A program made the position numbers and the translations under genes. A stretch of DNA of 64,000 nucleotides. Origin: an uncultured Pseudomonadota bacterium. Its GTDB lineage: Bacteria; Oederibacteriota; Muellerivitia; Muellerivitales; Muellerivitaceae. Every line of letters begins with the position of its first letter. The stretch's first letter is position 1. The DNA lies in NCBI GenBank assembly GCA_963770835.1, contig CAVYRH010000026.1:224001-288000 (forward strand), read 5' to 3'. The notes under the pieces were generated by a model, which made no database searches, was not told the DNA's origin, and saw only the letters and a list, made by a program, of their open reading frames with translations. Positions 16,515 to 26,357 of the stretch are shown here, piece by piece.

Positions 16515-18695
16515 TCACTTTGGGGTGATTTTTCCGAAAGCCGTGGCGGGTACGACCTCCCATTTGTCGTCCCCCGGCTTTTTCCAGATGAAGTTCAGGG
16601 CCAGGGAATCGCCGGAATCTTTCTCAAAGTCCAACCGCAGCTTGTGGGGGCCCGTCGCCAACCGGAAAGGTTTTTCCAGGACAACCGATTTTCCATCCAG
16701 CCGCAATTGGGCATTGTCCGTGGTTAAAACTTGGAACTGATATTCTCCGACCTTTGAAATTTCCAGGCTGCCGGTCCAGCGAATACGGAAGGGCGGACCG
16801 CTAGTGAAGGGAAAATCGAATTTTGAGGTGAAATTCAAGACTGGATCGGTTTGAACCGTCACGGGCTTCCCGTTCCAATCGGCAGCGTTCAAATAAGTGG
16901 CCTGGAGCCCCCTTTCCCAGGGATGAACCAGACCCAACAAATTCTTTTGAATCACACAACCATAAATGGATATTTTCCCTATTTGGATTTTATCGGGAGG
17001 GAGCATGGTTGGGAAAAGAGTTTTTAAAAAATCCACCCATCCCGATTTTTCCGATCCTAAATAGAGGATCGCGGAATTGTCCTTGGGCATCCGTCCACCA
17101 GCCCAATCCTGGAGGTTCAAAGCCATTACATCCGAATGGGCCGGATAGGAAAGAAACTGAACCGTGTGGTTCGCAAAATAAAATGAATCCACGAAGTAAT
17201 GCTGGTTGGAGGGGTGCGATTCCTCGAGTGACTCAATGCTTTTCCCGATAAAAGTTTGTTCCACTCCAAAGGCTTCCCGGCACCGTGGGTCTTCGGCTTG
17301 TCCCACGAAATAGGTCAGGGTGTTTTGGGCCGTCATTCCCGCCAACAGCAAGGTTCCGATAGCCGCTGGAACGGCCGATTTTTTGAAGGCCGCTTTGGAA
17401 TGATTCCAGAAAAAAACAAAAGCGCTTCCCGCAAAGTAAGCCACAAAGGGCGTCAAAGAAACCAGACGGTTGGAATGGGCGGGGTCGGTGGAAAGAAGGC
17501 CGGTCAAGAGCATCACGCCGAAACCGGCGAGGGGATAGAATCCCTCCCGCTCCTTCCGCCGGCGCCAGGCAAGGGCCAAGCCCAAAATGAAAAACACCGC
17601 CGTGATGTCGTCCAACATCCTCATCCCCGGAATGTTATGGCGGGGGTTCAAATCCCCAGAGCGGTTGAACATCAGAAGGGTTCCAGTCCAGACGTCCCAA
17701 AGAGGTTTGAGACTGTGTTCCTGGACGATCTTCGTACCGATGAATAAATCCGCTTCCCGATGGCCGAGGATTCCTTTTTGAACCATAACAGTTAAAAGCG
17801 GCAAAACGATGGTCAAAACAATCAGGAAATAGGAAAGAAAGGGCCGTGAGTTACGGATTTTCTTTTTCAGCAGAAAAAATTCGTAGGCTGCATAAATCGC
17901 CATAAGGAGTGGGACGATTTTAAAGGCTTGGTATGAGTAAAATCCGATCCCTACGAAAAGGGCTGAAAGGATGAACGCCCATTTCTTGCGGCTCTTTATC
18001 CAATAGGCCCAAAAGGCGAGGGCGGCGAACAAATAAAAAGGAACCTGGATGCTCGGATAACCGTTGCGGGTTTCGATCCAGTTCCAGCGCATGACCGCCA
18101 AGATGAAGAGGGAAAGGAGAGCCGGGCGTTGGCCCGCCCATTGGCGAATCGTCCAATAAACGAAAGGGAAAGCGGCCAAGGAAAGCAGGATGAAAAAAAG
18201 GTGAAAAGTGAAATAAGAGGAGCCCACCAAGGCGAACCAAGCGGCCAATTGGTAAAAAAGAAGAATTTCGGGCACCTGGTAGTCAAATACTTCGCCGAAA
18301 GGCCGCCAGCCTTCGTGCAGGATGCGCAAGGCGCAAAGACCGGTCAAGCCCTGGTCGGTATGCATCCCGGCGGGCAGTGAATCAATGTCGCAAATCCGGA
18401 AAAAGAAAGCGGCCAACAGGATGAAGGTGAAAAGAAAAAGCTCCCGACTCAAGGAAAGGGGTTTTGGTTTATTTTCCTTTTTGGCGTCGTCAGGGAAAGA
18501 ATAGTAAAGAACAGCTACCGCGGCGCCGAATAACAACAAGCCGGGAAAAAGGGTCCAAGACCGGGAAGCCTGGGCCAGGAAAGCCTGTCCCGTGGCCGCC
18601 AACAAAAAAGTCCGCCAAAGGAAGGTTGGATGTTGGGTTGGACCGGGGTTCGGCAAAGCGCCTCCGAGAAGGGTTGGTTCACATGGGTTCATCAT
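16515..18695 (-). CDS. ArnT/PMT-like (GT39/GT83-type) membrane glycosyltransferase with C-terminal PA14 domain
   Basis: Multi-TM, FRICDIDSLPAGMHTDQ. C-terminal PFRIRWTGSLEISKVGEYQFQVLTTDNAQLRLDG is PA14-like. Confidence 0.8.
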   Translation of the reverse strand: MMNPCEPTLLGGALPNPGPTQHPTFLWRTFLLAATGQAFLAQASRSWTLFPGLLLFGAAVAVLYYSFPDDAKKENKPKPLSLSRELFLFTFILLAAFFFRICDIDSLPAGMHTDQGLTGLCALRILHEGWRPFGEVFDYQVPEILLFYQLAAWFALVGSSYFTFHLFFILLSLAAFPFVYWTIRQWAGQRPALLSLFILAVMRWNWIETRNGYPSIQVPFYLFAALAFWAYWIKSRKKWAFILSALFVGIGFYSYQAFKIVPLLMAIYAAYEFFLLKKKIRNSRPFLSYFLIVLTIVLPLLTVMVQKGILGHREADLFIGTKIVQEHSLKPLWDVWTGTLLMFNRSGDLNPRHNIPGMRMLDDITAVFFILGLALAWRRRKEREGFYPLAGFGVMLLTGLLSTDPAHSNRLVSLTPFVAYFAGSAFVFFWNHSKAAFKKSAVPAAIGTLLLAGMTAQNTLTYFVGQAEDPRCREAFGVEQTFIGKSIESLEESHPSNQHYFVDSFYFANHTVQFLSYPAHSDVMALNLQDWAGGRMPKDNSAILYLGSEKSGWVDFLKTLFPTMLPPDKIQIGKISIYGCVIQKNLLGLVHPWERGLQATYLNAADWNGKPVTVQTDPVLNFTSKFDFPFTSGPPFRIRWTGSLEISKVGEYQFQVLTTDNAQLRLDGKSVVLEKPFRLATGPHKLRLDFEKDSGDSLALNFIWKKPGDDKWEVVPATAFGKITPK

Positions 18696-18739
18696 ACTTC
18701 ATCGGGCGGTCCCGACCAGGCACTTCATTTCAAAGATGA

Positions 18740-19306
18740 ATGGAAAAGAACGACCTGTTAGGATATTCCGAATTTTACGCAAAGGACTTACCCTTGAAGA
18801 CCGCCTCCTGGATATTAAGCCTGCTCCTGGCCCTGCTTTTGATTTATTCCTTCGCCCAGGTTCCGGCGGGTGATTCCATCCGGGCCCTTCACGTCGCCAG
18901 CCGCTACCAACAGCGCTCCGGGATGGAAACAGGCATCCATTCGCGGACCGGGGCCATCCTAGCTGATTACCGCAGTCCGGATCTCCTGACGGTCGCCACG
19001 CTTTTTTTCACGGCGGCGCTTTGCGTCCTCCTCTTTTTCAACCAACCGCCGAAGATCTTGGATTTTTTATCCTCTTTTCTCTTGTTGGCCCTCGGGGTTC
19101 TTTTAACCCTGGGAATGGGATTCCTGTGCCTTAGGACCGGTGGTAATTTCCTCGACTACGAGAGCTTGGTTTCATGGGTGGGGCCGCTGAATGCCCGGTT
19201 GGACGGGAGTTTGGCCTTATTGGGAGGGACCCTCCTTTCCCTCGGCGGGCTCTTGATGCTTTGGGCCCGGTGGATTCGTTCTCCGGAGGGTCCCCGTGGC
19301 CGTTGA
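18740..19306 (+). CDS. MrpB/MnhB-like membrane subunit (divergent)
   Basis: GAILADYRSPDLL resembles the AIxxDYRGFDTxxE motif; GGNFLDY. Confidence 0.6.
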   Translation: MEKNDLLGYSEFYAKDLPLKTASWILSLLLALLLIYSFAQVPAGDSIRALHVASRYQQRSGMETGIHSRTGAILADYRSPDLLTVATLFFTAALCVLLFFNQPPKILDFLSSFLLLALGVLLTLGMGFLCLRTGGNFLDYESLVSWVGPLNARLDGSLALLGGTLLSLGGLLMLWARWIRSPEGPRGR

Positions 19307-19607
19307 CCTTGGGAACGCCTTCCATTACGCCGTTCCCCTCGCACTTTGCCTGGCCGGGTTTCATGGCGTTTTTTTCCACTCCGGGCCTTGGAAGAAAACA
19401 CTTTCCTGGTGCGCCTTCCAGGCGGGCCTCATCGTGTTTCTTTTCCAACTCACCTCCAAGGATAATCCCTTTCCGGCCGCCCTCGCCTTGAGCACCTCGG
19501 CTTGCACCGCCGCGGTCGTGATTTTATTGGGCGTCTTTTCCTTAAAATTAGGTGGGCGGACAAAATCCCCGGAGAGTGGAAAGAATAACCGGCGGGGTCC
19601 CAAATGA
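19296..19607 (+). CDS. MrpC/MnhC-like membrane subunit (divergent)
   Basis: About 100 aa, three TM helices, NPFPAALALST resembles NPLPxALxLTA; sits between B-like and D-like genes. Confidence 0.65.
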   Translation: MAVDLGNAFHYAVPLALCLAGFHGVFFHSGPWKKTLSWCAFQAGLIVFLFQLTSKDNPFPAALALSTSACTAAVVILLGVFSLKLGGRTKSPESGKNNRRGPK

Positions 19608-21118
19608 AGGATCATCTGCCCATTCTCATGGCCTTACTTCCCCTAGCAGGGGCTTGGCTTACCTTTTTCCTGGGTTTTCTTTCCTACCGTCTCTCGCGCC
19701 TCTGCGTCTACGCCGTGCTTCTTTTCACCCTCTATTTAACCGGTTTGTCCCTGCCAAAACTCCTTTCCGAAGGGTCCTGGCATTATTTCCTGGGAGGATG
19801 GGCGCCGCCGTGGGGCATCGAGCTGGTCATTACGCCTTTTTCCGCTTTCCTGGGCTGTTTTGTCCTCCTTTTAGCGCTCCTCGCTTTTTTTCAGCTGGGT
19901 TCCTTTGGGCTTGTGGCAGGCCTCTTGAAGAGCCGGGAATCCCTCGGAGGGTCTCTTTTACTGGTATGGGTATCCGCCCTGTTGGCACTGCTTTGGGTGA
20001 GGGACGGTTTCAGCTTGTATCTTTTCTTTCAAATTTCCGTAGTGGCGGCTGCCGGCCTCATGGTTTGCGTCACACGGCAAGGTTGGCAGGAGGGGTTTCA
20101 TTTCCTTTTGGGGGGAAGCATGGGGGCCTCCCTTCTTTTGGCGGGCTTCTTTTTTCTTTATTCCTCCACAGGTACGCTGCACTTGGACGACCTTTTAGTC
20201 CAACTCTTTATCGCCAAAAATTTTTCCGCAGCCTTAACCACAGGTTTTTTCCTGGCGGGGGGGCTCAGCTACCTTTTTTGTTTTCCGGCGCCCGTTTTCT
20301 TCAACCAGCTTTTAAACCAAGCGCCGCCCTTTTTCTTGGGACTTTTGACCTCGGTTTTGGTCCGGGTCGGGGTCTATCTTTTGTTTCTTTTTCTCTTTTT
20401 CGTGTTGAACGTGCCGGGGATGGCCCAGCCCCGCTGGTTGACGGCCCTGGAATATCTCTTGGCGGTTCTATTCCTCGCCGGTTTTTTCCTGGCCGCCCGG
20501 CAGAAGGATTTCCTTCATTCGGTGGCCTTTTTGAGCGCGGCCCAACTGGCTTTTCCTTTTATCGGTTTTGTGGCGGGAAACAAAAGCGCCTTGACGGGGT
20601 CACTGATGGAACTCCTGAGCCAGATGCCGACCGTAATGGGGCTGTTTATGGCGGTGGGAGTCCTCAGCTTGAAGCCCGCAGGGTCCCATCCTTTCTCCAA
20701 GCTGGCCGGACTGGGACGCCATGATTTCAGCACGGCGCTGGCCCTCATCATCTTCGCCTTTTCCATCGTGGGGGTGCCGCCCACCGGCGGTTGTTTCGGC
20801 AAATACTACCTATTGCAAGGGCTTTGGGAGAAACGGGACTGGTTCTTGATCGCGCCTTTGGGAGCCACGCTCCTTTTCAACCTTTGGATAGCGGCGAGGT
20901 TCCTTTGGCTTTTATTCGAGCACCGGAAGCAGGAGTCACTTCGCGCGCCCATCGCATTTTCCGCCAAGGTTCCGCTGTTTCTTTTGGCAGCCTTGATTTT
21001 GTTGATTGGAATTTTTCACCAGAACGTCATCCAAAGCTTTATTGAGCCCGCCCTGCCCAAGGCCTACCAGAACGTCCCCTTGCCCAACGTGCCCTTCCTG
21101 GGGCATGAGGTGGAGTGA
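19604..21118 (+). CDS. MrpD/MnhD-like proton-conducting membrane subunit (degenerate charged residues)
   Basis: YFLGGWAPPWGIEL, LYSSTGTL, LAGLGR, SIVGVPPTGGCFGK; highly hydrophobic. Confidence 0.8.
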   Translation: MKDHLPILMALLPLAGAWLTFFLGFLSYRLSRLCVYAVLLFTLYLTGLSLPKLLSEGSWHYFLGGWAPPWGIELVITPFSAFLGCFVLLLALLAFFQLGSFGLVAGLLKSRESLGGSLLLVWVSALLALLWVRDGFSLYLFFQISVVAAAGLMVCVTRQGWQEGFHFLLGGSMGASLLLAGFFFLYSSTGTLHLDDLLVQLFIAKNFSAALTTGFFLAGGLSYLFCFPAPVFFNQLLNQAPPFFLGLLTSVLVRVGVYLLFLFLFFVLNVPGMAQPRWLTALEYLLAVLFLAGFFLAARQKDFLHSVAFLSAAQLAFPFIGFVAGNKSALTGSLMELLSQMPTVMGLFMAVGVLSLKPAGSHPFSKLAGLGRHDFSTALALIIFAFSIVGVPPTGGCFGKYYLLQGLWEKRDWFLIAPLGATLLFNLWIAARFLWLLFEHRKQESLRAPIAFSAKVPLFLLAALILLIGIFHQNVIQSFIEPALPKAYQNVPLPNVPFLGHEVE

Positions 21119-21155
21119 TATTTTTCCAAAAAAATAAACCGTTGGGTCAGCGGGT

Positions 21156-21800
21156 TTAAAAGGGACGCGGCCGTTGAAGCCTTAAGTGGAGGCCCACGCC
21201 GTCGCGGATGGGCAGCATGGACGAGGCGAAGCGCCGGTCATTCCAGAACAGGCGGGTATATTTCATGATGGCCCGGGTTTCCGCGTCCGGGTTGGGATGG
21301 GCCACTTTGCCCGACCAGAGCAGGTTGTCGGTGATGACCATGTTGCCGGGTTTGATCCTGTGGCTGATGGCGTGGTAGGCGTCCGGATAACCTTCCTTAT
21401 CGATATCACAGTAATAAATGTCGAAATTCCCCGGCGTCTTCGCCAGGCTTTCCAGGGCGTCGCCCGCATGGAAGCGGACTTTCTTCAAAAGCCCGGCTTT
21501 CTTGAAATAATGATGGGCCAGCTTCGTGTTTTCAGGATTTCCGTCGGTGTGGTGCACGATGCCCGTGGGCGGAAGGGCCAGCGCGAACCACATCGTGGAA
21601 TAGCCAAAACCCGAACCCAACTCGAAAACCCTCCCAGCCCCTGAAAGAACCGACAATTGATACAAAACCCGGCCCACTTCGCAGTTCACGATAGGAAAAT
21701 TTTTCGACTCCCCATAAGCCTGCATTTCCCTCAGGATGGGATGATCCACATGCGCGAGTTTATAGAGGTAATTTTTAACAGGTTCGTGGAAGATCGCCAT
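21156..21800 (-). CDS. SAM-dependent O-methyltransferase (caffeoyl-CoA OMT-like)
   Basis: VFELGSGFGYST, GDALESL, DIDKEGY, DNLLWSG, LPIRDG; SD ggagg. Confidence 0.9.
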   Translation of the reverse strand: MAIFHEPVKNYLYKLAHVDHPILREMQAYGESKNFPIVNCEVGRVLYQLSVLSGAGRVFELGSGFGYSTMWFALALPPTGIVHHTDGNPENTKLAHHYFKKAGLLKKVRFHAGDALESLAKTPGNFDIYYCDIDKEGYPDAYHAISHRIKPGNMVITDNLLWSGKVAHPNPDAETRAIMKYTRLFWNDRRFASSMLPIRDGVGLHLRLQRPRPF

Positions 21801-21802
21801 GT

Positions 21803-22951
21803 TCAACCTCCTTTAGAAACGGGACGGCCTAAAAGCCGGCGAATCCATAAATTAACAGGTACTTCGAAAAATTGATAGGACAGTTGGGCGCAAGAAAAAG
21901 TAACCACCGCGAAAATGAAGAAGGCCAAGTACTCGTTTTCCCCCGTTAAAAAAGGCCAAAGAAAATAGAGAACAGCCGGGTGAATCAAATAACCCCCGTA
22001 ACTTAACACCCCGGGACGGGCCAAAGGCGCCCATAATTTGGAATTAAAAAACTCCAAGTGAAGCCCCCCGAGCAGGAATAAAAACATTCCCCAGGTGATC
22101 AGTGACCAGTTCAGGATGTGCCCGCCGATATCGGCTTTGTAGTCCTGGTGCAGGTAGGCTTTCAAAAAAACAAACAGGCCCAGAAGGCAGAGGGCGAGGG
22201 AGAGCTTTTTGTTTTTCAAGAGGCCGGTTTTAAACCGCTCCACGGCCAGGTAAAGGAGGCAGCCTGTGGCGATGGCCCCAAAGGGACTCAGGTCCCCCAG
22301 GACAGGGATGGATTTGTCCGGAAAATAAAAACTATGGAGAGCGGCGAAGACGGGGGGAAAGAAAATCAAGGCCACCAACAAAAGCCGCAAGCGGCGTTCC
22401 CCGCCCAGCTTTTTAAGGAGGTAGGGGTAACAAAAATAAAACTGTTCCTCGACGGAGAGGGACCAAAGCAGGTCCCAATGAAGGCCGTAGAGATGGATGC
22501 CCACTTGGTGCCATAACCCGAACCAATAAAAGGTGAAAGTGGCGATGGAAAGCCAAAAGGAAGGGGAAAAAGAAACGTCGGGATTCTTGAAAAAATATTG
22601 GTAGGGATGGGAGGGGGATTGGAAAAAGGAAATCATTACGATGCCGAAAAGACAGGTGGTCGCCAAGAGAGGAAGGATACGGCCCGCGCGCCGGGTATAA
22701 AAGTCCCGGAAGTCGGGATTAAAAAGGCCGTAAGGAGCGGGCTGGGAGGCGATCAGGCGGGTGATAACGAAGCCCGAAATCACGAAAAAGATCGTCACCC
22801 CATAACCGCCGTTGACCCAAAGCTTATACCAAAGGAAAGCCAGGAAATAAGGGTGGGAGGGCTGGGTAATGTAGTGGAAACCCAGGTGGTGGGCCAAAAC
22901 TGTCAGGATGCAAGCGGACCGGACTAGGTCGACGATTTGGATTCTTCTCAT
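21803..22951 (-). CDS. Acyltransferase family 3 (OafA-like)
   Basis: DLVRSACILTVLAHH, GVTIFFVISGFVIT, FYTRRAGRILP, WSLSVEEQFY, SYGGYLIH. Confidence 0.9.
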   Translation of the reverse strand: MRRIQIVDLVRSACILTVLAHHLGFHYITQPSHPYFLAFLWYKLWVNGGYGVTIFFVISGFVITRLIASQPAPYGLFNPDFRDFYTRRAGRILPLLATTCLFGIVMISFFQSPSHPYQYFFKNPDVSFSPSFWLSIATFTFYWFGLWHQVGIHLYGLHWDLLWSLSVEEQFYFCYPYLLKKLGGERRLRLLLVALIFFPPVFAALHSFYFPDKSIPVLGDLSPFGAIATGCLLYLAVERFKTGLLKNKKLSLALCLLGLFVFLKAYLHQDYKADIGGHILNWSLITWGMFLFLLGGLHLEFFNSKLWAPLARPGVLSYGGYLIHPAVLYFLWPFLTGENEYLAFFIFAVVTFSCAQLSYQFFEVPVNLWIRRLLGRPVSKGG

Positions 22952-23001
22952 GAAACGACGGGGCCTTTGGGATGGAAATGTAAGCCGGTACGGCCTAGGA
23001 A

Positions 23002-23484
23002 TCAGGGGTTTATTTCCCGAAACCAATAAACCAAGTATACCATCCCGGAGACGATCACCACCAAGTTCAAAAGGCTGGCAAAACCGTGGGCCTTTCCGAA
23101 TTCGCGGCGGAGCGCTTCCGCTTTGGCCTGGTCCTTGGAATCCTCCGCGGCCTGGCGTTCCACGCGCAACTGGGCCACCTTGGGGCCGGCCCAAAGGCCT
23201 TGGCCCAGGGAAAACAGGAGCATCAGGCAGAGGGCGGTGATTTTCACGCAGTCCTCGCTCACGTAATTCTTCAGGGGATGCAGCAAATGGTAAGTCACTA
23301 CCAAGAGGGCGCCGCAGAGGTAGCCAATCCAGTAATAAGCCGGGAAAAGATGGCTTTGTACCTCGCCGAAGAGCTGGCGGGGAAGGGTTTTAAGAAGAAC
23401 AGGGGCCTGGATGAAGGTGAAATAAAGCAGGGTGCCGTACCAGAAGATGAAAGTGAAGAAATGGATAAAGCGCAGGATGGCCAT
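23002..23484 (-). CDS. DUF4149/TMEM205-like membrane protein
   Basis: FIQAPVLLKTLPRQLFGEVQSHLFPAYY and FGKAHGFASLLNL. Confidence 0.75.
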   Translation of the reverse strand: MAILRFIHFFTFIFWYGTLLYFTFIQAPVLLKTLPRQLFGEVQSHLFPAYYWIGYLCGALLVVTYHLLHPLKNYVSEDCVKITALCLMLLFSLGQGLWAGPKVAQLRVERQAAEDSKDQAKAEALRREFGKAHGFASLLNLVVIVSGMVYLVYWFREINP

Positions 23485-23564
23485 GAATCCTCCCTTGAAA
23501 CAGGGTTCATTTTAGATGTCTTACGATCATGTTTGCAACGCATAGCCGCTATAATGCGTCGCTT

Positions 23565-23906
23565 ATGGAGACTGAAAAGAAAGCCACAATTGTTTTTCCC
23601 AAGACGGGCCAGGAGTGCGAAGTGGACAGCGGTGACACCCTGGTGGATGCTACCTTTCGTTACGACCTGCCCATCCGATACCGCTGCGAGCGGGCTGTTT
23701 GCACCACTTGTCTGACCGAAGTGATCGAGGGCGCCGCGAACCTCTCGGAAATGGAAGACCGAGAAAAACAAACCCTGGCCGCTATTAAGGCCCCGCCCCA
23801 CTGGCGTCTGGCCTGCCAGGTTTCAGTGATGGGCGACGTGAAGCTGGATTACCTGCCGGTCACCGATCCCCGTCGAAGGCCACCCGAAGATGCCAATTCC
23901 TTTTAG
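23565..23906 (+). CDS. 2Fe-2S ferredoxin
   Basis: CERAVCTTC...RLACQ cluster ligands. Confidence 0.9.
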   Translation: METEKKATIVFPKTGQECEVDSGDTLVDATFRYDLPIRYRCERAVCTTCLTEVIEGAANLSEMEDREKQTLAAIKAPPHWRLACQVSVMGDVKLDYLPVTDPRRRPPEDANSF

Positions 23907-24119
23907 AAAACCAAAAAGTATTTTTTTGTGTCCCACCCTCACTTCCCCAAAAGGAATAGCGGCCTAAATTGGGCCTTTTTGGAGGTTTGCGGCGGTAGAA
24001 ATTCCCGGGTTGAAATGTGAGGGAAATCATACCGCTCCCGCTTAACCGAGGGAAAATAAACATGGTTTTTCCGGACAAGCCGATTCAACGAGCATCGGCT
24101 GGATCGAAAGTTGGATGCC

Positions 24120-26357
24120 ATGACCACACCCACGGTTGTTCGGGGTGCTGAACCTGTCCGTCAGACCCCTTGGTTGAAGCGTCTTTTTCTTTGGCCGGCC
24201 CCGTCTCCGAGAGACGTTCCCGCTGGATTGTATTTCCTTGTGCCCGTTTTCCTCTTTCTCCTCCATCAGCCCCTTCAGGCCCAAACCCCGACCCCCACGC
24301 TTCCCGCTTGCGTCACATCCATCGGCTGGAACCCGGCGGGAAACGCCGCCATCAATACCAGCTCGCAAATGGTGACCTTGACCGACAATACCGGGGGTGG
24401 AGAAGGCGGGGCGGCCTGGAACAACGGCATGGTCAGCCTCGACCTTCCCTTTGACATGTCCTTCGAGGTCCATTTCTATAAGCCGGCCGGCGTGGGCGCG
24501 GACGGGATGGTCTTCGTGCTGCAACAAAGCCCCCAGGGTGACGGGACGGTCGGCTCCAACTACGGCTATTGCATGGGTTACGGCGGCATCAAACCCAGCG
24601 TGGGCGTGGAGATGGACGTCTACCAGAATACAGGTACGACGGACTTGGGCTGCGGCATCCCCAACGACCCGGCTTACGACCACATCGCGGTGGACGAGAA
24701 CGGCGATGTGAGCCACGGCGGGGCCGCCGCGGTGAGGGCTATGGCCGCCGGCAACATTCCCAAGACCGGGGCGCCCCAGACCCTGGAAGTGGTCTGGAAC
24801 CCCAACCCCACGCCAGGCATGCTGATTTACTTCAACGGTGTGCTCAAGATCAGCTACGTCAAGGATATCAAAAATGTGATTTTCGGCGGGAACCCCATCG
24901 TTTATTATGGCATGACTGCGGGCGACGGGGCTTCCTATGAGGCGCATTATTTCAGGCAATTGAGCTGCCCTCCGGTTTATTTCCCCTCCTATACTCCCAC
25001 GATCACCCCGACCCCGACGGTCACGGCTACTTCCACGCCCACGAACACCACCACCAACACCGCTACTTCCACCCACACGCTCTCCCCCACGGGTACCTGG
25101 AACACCGCCACGCCCACCTCCACCGGTACCTTGAGCCCCACGGCCACACCCACCGGCACTTTCACCAACTCGCCAACCGCCACACTATCGGGCACTGCCA
25201 CTTCCACGGCTACCACCACGCCCAGCCCGACTTCCACGACGACCAGTACTTCCACGCTCACCGCTTCTGGGACCCCCACTTACACCCCAACGGCCACCGC
25301 CAGCTCCACACCTTCACTTACCCCCACGATGACTTCCAGCCCCACCAGTTCCTTCACGCCCACGAATACCCCGACCGGTACCTGGTTCACTTCCACCCCG
25401 ACCAACACCGGAACCAATAGCCCTTCCCCTACTCTGACCAATACCGTCACGTCCACCCCCTCGGACACCACGACAAATTCGCCGACCTCCACCGCCTCTT
25501 CTACTCCCACGAACAGCCCGACTTCCACGGCGACCAGTACTTCCACGCTCACCGCTTCTGGGAGCCCCACTTACACCCCAACGGCCACCGCCAGTTCCAC
25601 ACCTTCACTTACCCCCACGGTGACTTCCAGCCCCACCAGTTCCTTCACGCCCACGAATACCCCCACCGGGACTTGGTTCACCTCCACTCCGATGAACACT
25701 TGCACCAATAGCCCTACTTCCACCTCAACCTTCACCTGCACTACCACACCCTCGAATACGACGACGGATACCCCGACTTCCACCCCGACCAACACTTCCA
25801 CTTTCACCGCCACTGCGACACCTTCTTTGACACCCACGTTCACGGCCAGCCCCACCAGTTCCTTTACCGCCACGAACACTCCTACCGGCACTTGGTTCAC
25901 CCCTACCCCGACCAGCACCGGAACCACAACGCCTTCCAGTACGCCCACCCTCACGCCGACCTTCACCCGCTCTTCGACCCCCACTAGCAGTCCCAACGCC
26001 ACCCTGACCAATTCGCCCACGGCCACCCCCACGCCCACCGGAACCCTGGTTACCCCCACTCCCACGCCCGGGCCAGGGTTCTACTTAAGCTCCAACTCGG
26101 TGAATTCCGTCTCCGGGCCGCCGCTGGCCATTAATTATCAGGTCGTTAACGGCGGTTCGGTGGAGGTCAGCGTCTTCAACGTCTTGGGCCAGCGGATGCG
26201 GCGGGTCGTCCAGGCCAGCCAGCCCCCCAACTACTACAGCGTCCTTTGGGACGGGAGCGACGACACGGGTGACGCCCTTTCCACGGGCCTCTACCTGGTG
26301 GTTTACAGCGAGAACGGCAGCATCCAGATCAAGAAAGTGCTGGTAATGAAAAAATGA
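24120..26357 (+). CDS. Secreted L-type (legume) lectin-domain protein with Thr/Ser/Pro linker and FlgD-Ig/T9SS-like C-terminal domain
   Basis: GADGMVFVLQ, SVGVEMDVYQN, DHIAV. Long T/S/P tract. C-terminal VSVFNVLGQRMR..WDGSDDTG..LSTGLYLV..KKVLVMKK. Confidence 0.85.
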   Translation: MTTPTVVRGAEPVRQTPWLKRLFLWPAPSPRDVPAGLYFLVPVFLFLLHQPLQAQTPTPTLPACVTSIGWNPAGNAAINTSSQMVTLTDNTGGGEGGAAWNNGMVSLDLPFDMSFEVHFYKPAGVGADGMVFVLQQSPQGDGTVGSNYGYCMGYGGIKPSVGVEMDVYQNTGTTDLGCGIPNDPAYDHIAVDENGDVSHGGAAAVRAMAAGNIPKTGAPQTLEVVWNPNPTPGMLIYFNGVLKISYVKDIKNVIFGGNPIVYYGMTAGDGASYEAHYFRQLSCPPVYFPSYTPTITPTPTVTATSTPTNTTTNTATSTHTLSPTGTWNTATPTSTGTLSPTATPTGTFTNSPTATLSGTATSTATTTPSPTSTTTSTSTLTASGTPTYTPTATASSTPSLTPTMTSSPTSSFTPTNTPTGTWFTSTPTNTGTNSPSPTLTNTVTSTPSDTTTNSPTSTASSTPTNSPTSTATSTSTLTASGSPTYTPTATASSTPSLTPTVTSSPTSSFTPTNTPTGTWFTSTPMNTCTNSPTSTSTFTCTTTPSNTTTDTPTSTPTNTSTFTATATPSLTPTFTASPTSSFTATNTPTGTWFTPTPTSTGTTTPSSTPTLTPTFTRSSTPTSSPNATLTNSPTATPTPTGTLVTPTPTPGPGFYLSSNSVNSVSGPPLAINYQVVNGGSVEVSVFNVLGQRMRRVVQASQPPNYYSVLWDGSDDTGDALSTGLYLVVYSENGSIQIKKVLVMKK
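25223..25700 (+). repeat. Near-identical direct repeat, 291-nt period, in the Thr-rich linker
   Basis: cagcccgacttccacg...tggttcac blocks starting at 25223 and 25514. Confidence 0.8.

Noticed and set aside
19552..20724. 390-aa alternative-frame ORF over the MrpD-like gene
   Set aside because: Arg/Pro/Phe-rich out-of-frame translation with no family features.
22952..23194. N-terminal extension of the acyltransferase ORF
   Set aside because: It overlaps the DUF4149 gene; family similarity begins at MRRIQIVD (22951).
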